Below the pieces are notes generated by a model that saw nothing but the letters and a program-made list of their open reading frames with translations, did no database searches and was not told where the DNA came from. Positions 6,392 to 11,380 of a DNA stretch of 11,380 nt are shown piece by piece. Numbering within the stretch: the stretch's first letter is position 1; every line of letters begins with the position of its first letter. The stretch covers positions 1-11,380 of the forward strand of contig JBGPXN010000152.1 of NCBI GenBank assembly GCA_041492755.1. Reading direction: 5' to 3'. Source of the DNA: Candidatus Methylomirabilia bacterium (GTDB lineage Bacteria; Methylomirabilota; Methylomirabilia; Rokubacteriales; CSP1-6). The translations under genes and the position numbers were made by a program.

Positions 6392-6835
6392 TCAGCGCGC
6401 GAGCGGACCGGCGGGGAGCGGCACGCCGAGCCAGACCGCGAAGAGGACGTACGAGCCGCCGGCGGCGACCACGGCGACGGTCAGCGCCAGCGGCCAGCGG
6501 TGGGGCTCGAGCCCGCGGAGCATGAACACCACCAGCAGAAACGTTGCAATCGCATAGCCGGCGGCATCGAGGACCAGGACGTAGACGGCGAGGGCGGCCA
6601 GGAGCAGCACGACCTTCCAGGGGCGCGCAGCGCCGCCGGTCGCGCTCGCGCGATTCCTGAGCGCCTGGCCGAGCAGCACGGCACCGAGCAAGAGCAGGAC
6701 GAGCCCGAGCCACCACGGGAAGAAGCCCGGGCCCGGGTTGCGCAGACCGCCGAACGGAAGCTTCGAGGCGGCGACGGCGGCACCGGCTCCGAGGGCCAGC
6801 GTCGCCACCGCCGCGATGGCGTCGCGCCGGACCAC
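6392..6835 (-). CDS. tctB: Tripartite tricarboxylate transporter small permease TctB
   Basis: 147 aa, 4-5 TM segments, motifs PGPGFFP, GYAIAT and C-terminal LFAVWLGVPLPAG; immediately upstream of tctA. Confidence 0.92.
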   Translation of the reverse strand: MVRRDAIAAVATLALGAGAAVAASKLPFGGLRNPGPGFFPWWLGLVLLLLGAVLLGQALRNRASATGGAARPWKVVLLLAALAVYVLVLDAAGYAIATFLLVVFMLRGLEPHRWPLALTVAVVAAGGSYVLFAVWLGVPLPAGPLAR

Positions 6836-6873
6836 TTACCCGCGGCCGGCGCGCCCCATGACGCCGACGCCCC

Positions 6874-7935
6874 TCACGCGACCGAGCGGATCGGCTTGGC
6901 CGAGGGCAGCGGGAGCGACACCGGCTCGTTGCGCTCGGCCGAGAGGTCGGCCGCGATGTAGACCTCCATGACCATGCGCGCGTGCTCCGGCGTCACCATG
7001 ACCGGACGATCGTAGGCGACGGCCTCAAGGAAGTGGATCGTCTCCGCCGCCATGGGGCCCGCGTAGGTATGGTCCACCGCTTCCCCTGGCATGGTCGAGA
7101 GCGGCAGCACCATGCCCCTGTCCATCGTGTTCAGCACGACGTCGCGGTGGCTGTCGTCGATCATCACGGCACCCTCGGTGCCGACCACCTCGATCCACGT
7201 CGTCGAGAAGTTCGGATAGCCGGGCGGCAGGCTCCAGCCGGCGGCGACGACGAAGGACAGCCCGCTGTCCATGGTCACGGTGATGAGCTGGGTGTCGGGA
7301 ATATCCGCGCCGCCCGCCGCCATCGCGCCATAGTTGCGCTGCGAGTAGACGCGCACCGGCCGCGCCGGCTCCAGGCACCACAGCACGAAGTCGAGGTCGT
7401 GCGTGGCCTCCATCGCCGCCGGCGAGAGCTTCACGCGTCCGCTGATCTTCTGGCCGAGCCCGCGCGTGATGTGACGGCTCACGAGGATGCTGACGGGCTT
7501 GCCGATGGTGCCGTTCCGCACCGACTTCTTCGCGTACGCGAACTTCGGATTGAACCGCTGCGAGTAGCCGATGGTGAACTTGAGCTGCCGCTCCCGCGCG
7601 AGCGCGATGAGCTCGTCGGCCTCGGCCAGCTCCATGGCGATCGGCTTCTCGAGAAAGACGTGCTTGCCGGCGGAGAGAAACTCCTTCGTCATCGGATAGT
7701 GCAGCGTCTCCGGCGTCGCGGAGACGTAGACCGCGTCGAGATCGGTGACGGTCAGGAGCTCACGATAGTCGCTGGTCGCCTTCCGCGCGCCCGTGAGCTT
7801 GGCCACTTCCTGCAGCCGGTCGGGCCGCGTCTCCGCGATGTCCAGGCTCTTCACCAGCGGGTTGGCCGCGCACGCCTCCGCGCGAATGCCTCCGCACCAG
7901 CCGGTCCCGACGACGGCGACGCCGATCTGTCTCAT
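6874..7935 (-). CDS. Gfo/Idh/MocA family NAD(P)-dependent oxidoreductase
   Basis: Start reassigned to the ATG at 7935 (MRQIGVAVVGTGWCG), with SD AGGAG 9 nt upstream; 353 aa. Motifs VSATPETLH, GKHVFLEKP, GYSQRFNP, HDLD. Confidence 0.93.
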   Translation of the reverse strand: MRQIGVAVVGTGWCGGIRAEACAANPLVKSLDIAETRPDRLQEVAKLTGARKATSDYRELLTVTDLDAVYVSATPETLHYPMTKEFLSAGKHVFLEKPIAMELAEADELIALARERQLKFTIGYSQRFNPKFAYAKKSVRNGTIGKPVSILVSRHITRGLGQKISGRVKLSPAAMEATHDLDFVLWCLEPARPVRVYSQRNYGAMAAGGADIPDTQLITVTMDSGLSFVVAAGWSLPPGYPNFSTTWIEVVGTEGAVMIDDSHRDVVLNTMDRGMVLPLSTMPGEAVDHTYAGPMAAETIHFLEAVAYDRPVMVTPEHARMVMEVYIAADLSAERNEPVSLPLPSAKPIRSVA

Positions 7936-7973
7936 GCGAGCACGCTCCTGTCGATGATCGTGGGGGCGCCCGG

Positions 7974-8002
7974 AGTGTACCGCCGATCCGAGCGCGACGT
8001 AA
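7974..8002 (-). promoter_or_regulatory. Candidate internal sigma70-type promoter for gfo-tctB-tctA
   Basis: - strand TTACGT (8002-7997) - 17 nt - TACACT (7979-7974), in the 135-bp gap upstream of the gfo start. Confidence 0.4.
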
Positions 8003-8043
8003 GCGCCCACCCGCGGGCGTCGACGACCCGCCGTGGGTGGCGC
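8003..8043 (-). terminator. GC-rich stem-loop downstream of the CocE/NonD gene (possible terminator or mRNA-stabilising hairpin)
   Basis: CCACCC (8007-8012) pairs with GGGTGG (8035-8040) and GCGGG (8013-8017) with CCCGC (8027-8031); about 28 nt after the stop codon. No clear U-tract. Confidence 0.3.
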
Positions 8044-8070
8044 CGGCGTCAGCGCGCGGCTCGAGCGCCG

Positions 8071-9822
8071 TTACTTCGCCGGCGGGATCACCGGCAGCAC
8101 CAGGTGCGACGGCGCCTTCGGCCCGCAGTGCAGCGTGACCTTCCGGCCGAAGACGTCGGGCGGCCGATCGCGGGGATCGTTGTGCTGGAACGGCCCGACG
8201 CCGGTGAAGACGGCCCCGAGCGTACCCAGGCCCACACTTGGCCCGCCGGGATACTCGTAGTCGCGCCCGCGCACGGTGAGCCCGATGCGGTAGCCGGCCG
8301 GCACCACGATGCACGTCGGCCAGACCTCGACGTCCAGCTCGTACACCTTGCGCGGCGCGAGCGGCTGCTTCTCGTCGTGCGTGTGATAGGGCCGATAGGG
8401 CAGCGTGAGCTCGGGATCGAGCTTGCGGTGCGAGGCGCGAAGCCAGCCCTGGGCGACCGGCGTGTGCGGATCGAGCGCGCCCTGGAAGGTGACCTCCTGC
8501 ATGTTGGGCGTGAACACGCGCACGATGAGGAACAGGTCGGCGTCGGCCGTCTCGGACGAGACGAAGAGCTTCGCCGCGATCGGGCCGGTGATCTCCGTCT
8601 CCCGCGGCAGCGGCGGGGTCAGGAACGTCACGCCCTCGCCGAGGCCGTTGTAGGCGACGGTCCCGTTCTTGGCCAGCGGCAAGCGGACGAGGCTCTGCTC
8701 GGCGGGATTCAGGTAGAGCTTCGTCCACCGCGTGCGCGCCAGCGGCCATTCGTTCTCGGGCCGCTCCACGAACTTCTCGCCGGGGTGGCGCACTTGCAGC
8801 ACGACCTTGGGCTGCTTCTTCCAGCCGGTGTCCTCGCCCTTGAGGAAATGACCGAAGAACTTCTTCTGCAGCCCGACGCCGTAGTCCGTGTAGAAGTGCG
8901 TCCAGTGCTCGATGCCGTGCACCTCGAGCCATTTCTGCCTGGACGCCGAGCGCACGTACCCTTCGAAATTGCCGCGCGGATGCAGCCCCTGCCCGCCCCA
9001 GTTGCCCGAGGAGAAGAGCGGGACCTTGACCTGCGACCAGTCGGGCATGCGCGAGCGCCAGAACTCGTCGCTGGCCAGCGGGTTCTGCCCGCAGTCCTCG
9101 TAGAACTCGCGCCGGTTACCGCCGAGCTGCTCCTCGGTGAGCGTCTCCGGGCCGGAGACCCAGTCGCCGTTCATCCGCGAGCGATACCCGCGCGTGCCGC
9201 GCCCGTGCTGGACGCGGATCACCTGCGACGGAAACCATGCCCGGCCGAACGTGCACAGGATGCCGCCGTGGTGCGAGAGATCGCGGTAGTAGTCGGCGGC
9301 GCCTTCCCAGATGCAGATCGCGGCCAGGTGCGGCGGTTGGAGCGCCGCCGCCTGCCACTGGTTCATCGCGTAGTAGGAGATGCCGTTGATCCCGACCTTG
9401 CCGGTGGACCACGGCTGCTGCGCCGCCCACTCGACGCAGTCGTGGAGGTCCTTGGCCTCGCGCGCCGACCAGATGTCCAGGAATCCGGGCGAGCGCCCGG
9501 CGCCGCGCGAATCGACGCGCACGCACGCGTAGCCGTCCGGCACCCACTTCTCGGGGTCGACGACTTCCCAGTTCTGGTACTTGTTCGTGGATCCGGCGAC
9601 GACGTCGGGATGCTGCTCCGCCATGCGCCGCCACTGATCGGTGTAGAGGTCCTCGAAGTGCAGCCACTTGCCGTAGGGACCGTAGGAGAGGATCACGGGA
9701 TACTTGCCGGCGGCGGTCGGACGGTAGACGTCGGCGCGAACCACGAGACCGTCGTCCACGGTGATGGGCACGTCCCAGTCGATGCACATGCCATCGCGCA
9801 CTTCGCTCTTGAACTCCGTCAT
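8071..9822 (-). CDS. CocE/NonD family alpha/beta hydrolase (peptidase S15-like, PepX_C domain)
   Basis: 583 aa. DGLVVRADVYRP, YGPYGK, DSRGAGRSPG, WAAQQPWSTGKVG, nucleophile elbow GISYYA, and a C-terminal jelly-roll with ITGP...GWLRASHR. SD AGGAG 5 nt upstream of the ATG. Confidence 0.95.
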   Translation of the reverse strand: MTEFKSEVRDGMCIDWDVPITVDDGLVVRADVYRPTAAGKYPVILSYGPYGKWLHFEDLYTDQWRRMAEQHPDVVAGSTNKYQNWEVVDPEKWVPDGYACVRVDSRGAGRSPGFLDIWSAREAKDLHDCVEWAAQQPWSTGKVGINGISYYAMNQWQAAALQPPHLAAICIWEGAADYYRDLSHHGGILCTFGRAWFPSQVIRVQHGRGTRGYRSRMNGDWVSGPETLTEEQLGGNRREFYEDCGQNPLASDEFWRSRMPDWSQVKVPLFSSGNWGGQGLHPRGNFEGYVRSASRQKWLEVHGIEHWTHFYTDYGVGLQKKFFGHFLKGEDTGWKKQPKVVLQVRHPGEKFVERPENEWPLARTRWTKLYLNPAEQSLVRLPLAKNGTVAYNGLGEGVTFLTPPLPRETEITGPIAAKLFVSSETADADLFLIVRVFTPNMQEVTFQGALDPHTPVAQGWLRASHRKLDPELTLPYRPYHTHDEKQPLAPRKVYELDVEVWPTCIVVPAGYRIGLTVRGRDYEYPGGPSVGLGTLGAVFTGVGPFQHNDPRDRPPDVFGRKVTLHCGPKAPSHLVLPVIPPAK

Positions 9823-10060
9823 GGCGTCTCCTCGCGCACGAGTCGCTCCGCGGTCTCGTCAACCGCCCGGCGTCTCGGCGCAGACCTTCTTTATCACCCT
9901 CGGCGACACCGGATCAAGCGCGCCGCGCCGCCGCCCGGGCCCACCGCCGTTCGCAGCGCGAACTCGGAGAAGCTGGCGGGCGACGCCGGGTTCGGGCCCC
10001 TCCCTCGCGCCGCGAGTCGATCGCCCGCGCGGGGTCGCTCGGGATGCACCCGGCGCGCGC

Positions 10061-10089
10061 TCGACGGGACACGGCCGTCCTGCTAGAGT
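10061..10089 (+). promoter_or_regulatory. Candidate sigma70-type promoter for the right-hand gfo-kelch operon
   Basis: TCGACG (10061-10066) - 17 nt - TAGAGT (10084-10089), with extended-10 TG at 10081-10082; about 100 nt upstream of the ATG at 10189. Confidence 0.5.
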
Positions 10090-10110
10090 GCGCGCCGGGC
10101 GGACCGCCTG

Positions 10111-10134
10111 CGACGGGCCGCGCGCGGCCCGTCG
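10111..10134. repeat. Perfect 24-bp palindrome
   Basis: CGACGGGCCGCG|CGCGGCCCGTCG equals its own reverse complement. Confidence 0.8.
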
Positions 10135-10188
10135 GCGGCGCGATGATCGGAACGCGAGACGGGCGAGAGCGGGAGCGAAGGAGGAGGC

Positions 10189-11187
10189 ATGGATCCGCTG
10201 CGAGCGGCCTGGATCGGGGTCGGATGGTGGGGCAACGTGCTAGCGGCGGCGGCGGTGCGCGCCGGCACGCTGAAGATCGTGGGCGGCACCGCGCGCTCGG
10301 CAGACAAGCGCGCCGCGTTCGCCCAGAAGTACAAGGCCCGCGACTACGACACCGTCGCGACGCTGCTCCGGGATCCGGAGGTCGAGGGCGTGGTCATCGC
10401 CACGCCGCACTCGGTCCACGCCGAGCAGATCGTCGCCGCCGGCCGCGCCGGCAAGCACGTCTTCGTCGACAAGCCGTTCACGCTGAACGTGGCCGATGCC
10501 CGTCGCGCCACCGACGCCTGCGGCCGGGCTGGCGTCGTGCTCGCCGTCGGCCACCAGCGGCGCAAGCATCCGGCGCACCGCGCGCTCAAGAAGATGCTGG
10601 GCGAGAGCGCCCTCGGCCGCGTGGCCCAGATCGAGGGCAACTTCTCGGCCGACGGCGGCTTCACGATGGTCAAGCCGGGCGCCTGGCGCGCGGTGGCCGA
10701 GGAAACACCGGGCGGCGCGATGACGAACCTCGGCATCCATCACGTGGATACGTACCAGTACCTGCTGGGTCCGATCGTGCGCGTGATGGCGATGTCGCGA
10801 CAGGTGGCGCTGACCGGCGTGCCCACCGACGACGCGACGTCGATCCTCTTCGAGTTCGCCTCCGGCAGCCTCGGCTACCTCGGCACGTCGTGGGTGCACG
10901 CCAACCGCACCGCCACCCTGACCCTGCACGGGACCGACGCCCAGGCGTGGGCCGAGGACGACGGCGGAACGCTCTTCGTCGCCAAGCGCGGCGAGGCTGA
11001 ACGGACGGCCATCCCGCTCGGCAAGGTCGACGCGCTCGTGGAGGAGCTGGCGGAGTTCGCGCGGTGCGTGCGTGAGAAGACGCGACCGGAGGTCAGCGGC
11101 GAGGAAGGAATCTCCAACACCGCGGTGCTGGAGGCCATCGTCGAATCAGCCGCCACGGGACGGGCGGCCGACGTTCGTCGTCAATGA
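10189..11187 (+). CDS. Gfo/Idh/MocA family NAD(P)-dependent oxidoreductase
   Basis: 332 aa. WIGVGWWG Rossmann motif, IATPHSVH, GKHVFVDKP, VGHQRR, GGAMTNLGIHHVD; strong SD (AGGAGGAGG). Confidence 0.94.
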   Translation: MDPLRAAWIGVGWWGNVLAAAAVRAGTLKIVGGTARSADKRAAFAQKYKARDYDTVATLLRDPEVEGVVIATPHSVHAEQIVAAGRAGKHVFVDKPFTLNVADARRATDACGRAGVVLAVGHQRRKHPAHRALKKMLGESALGRVAQIEGNFSADGGFTMVKPGAWRAVAEETPGGAMTNLGIHHVDTYQYLLGPIVRVMAMSRQVALTGVPTDDATSILFEFASGSLGYLGTSWVHANRTATLTLHGTDAQAWAEDDGGTLFVAKRGEAERTAIPLGKVDALVEELAEFARCVREKTRPEVSGEEGISNTAVLEAIVESAATGRAADVRRQ

Positions 11188-11380
11188 CGTTCGCCGTGGT
11201 CGTGCTCCTGGCCGGCGATGCGGCGGCGCAAGGCAAATGGGTGAAGCTCGCGCCGTTCCCGGAGCCGGCCGAGGAGCTGCTCGGGGCCGCGGCCGGCGGC
11301 AAGCTCTACGTCTTCGCCGGCCCGGCGCCGGGCTGGAAGGCGATCGGCATGGTGTATGAGTTGCACATTATGAATTGCAC
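11184..11380 (+). CDS. Kelch-repeat (beta-propeller) protein, probably exported; N-terminal part only
   Basis: ATGA overlap with the gfo stop (ATG 11184-11186, TGA 11185-11187). Translation MTFAVVVLLAGDAAAQGKWVKLAPFPEPAEELLGAAAGGKLYVFAGPAPGWKAIGMVYE shows a hydrophobic stretch with AxA, then a Kelch pattern (W..LAP.P......A...GKLYVF.G). Not in the ORF track. Confidence 0.78.
   Translation, partial: MTFAVVVLLAGDAAAQGKWVKLAPFPEPAEELLGAAAGGKLYVFAGPAPGWKAIGMVYELHIMNC

Noticed and set aside
4803..6961. 637-aa (-), 284-aa (+) and 336-aa (+) ORFs over tctAB
   Set aside because: Alternative-frame or antisense Arg-rich artefacts of high GC.
7936..8010. 25-residue N-terminal extension of the Gfo/Idh/MocA ORF
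   Set aside because: The Rossmann fold starts right after the ATG at 7935, which has a good SD; the extension overlaps a promoter-like sequence.
6982..10086. 1034-aa + strand ORF
   Set aside because: Antisense shadow of the gfo and cocE genes; Arg/His/Gly-rich with no motifs, as expected from GC3 bias on the opposite strand.
11160..11183. Third possible ACG start (11160) giving the Kelch signal peptide an RR-containing n-region
   Set aside because: No SD upstream, and the ATGA overlap at 11184 is a simpler explanation; ACG is frequent by chance.
1..11380. CRISPR array, tRNA/rRNA, transposase or integrase
   Set aside because: No regularly spaced repeats, RNA-gene signatures or recombinase motifs seen by eye; intergenic gaps are short.

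Overview
GC-rich bacterial window, mostly metabolic genes, with a small accessory module in the middle. Left to right: the 5' part of a Zn-dependent (MDR) alcohol dehydrogenase running off the left edge (- strand, not in the ORF track); a double-hairpin palindromic element; an M24 (aminopeptidase P/creatinase-fold) hydrolase with a non-canonical active site (-); and a divergent class-I pyridine nucleotide-disulfide oxidoreductase (+). A visibly less GC-biased block (~3270-4860) follows. It holds a truncated P-loop remnant, a two-gene XRE-HTH/AbiEi-like + DUF6036/AbiEii-like nucleotidyltransferase module (putative toxin-antitoxin or abortive-infection system), and a divergent 34-aa CPxCG microprotein ORF. 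Next is a - strand cluster of CocE/NonD hydrolase, Gfo/Idh/MocA oxidoreductase, tctB and tctA (no tctC), then a divergent Gfo/Idh/MocA oxidoreductase coupled to a Kelch-repeat gene that breaks into AT-rich sequence at the right edge. The best candidate for an undescribed system is the XRE-nucleotidyltransferase module: its regulator looks leaderless and autoregulated, and its toxin-like gene may start at an ACG codon behind a hairpin-sequestered Shine-Dalgarno. Gene content and palindrome style tentatively suggest Rokubacteria/Methylomirabilota, which is inference only. All family calls come from motif recognition by eye; no database searches were run.
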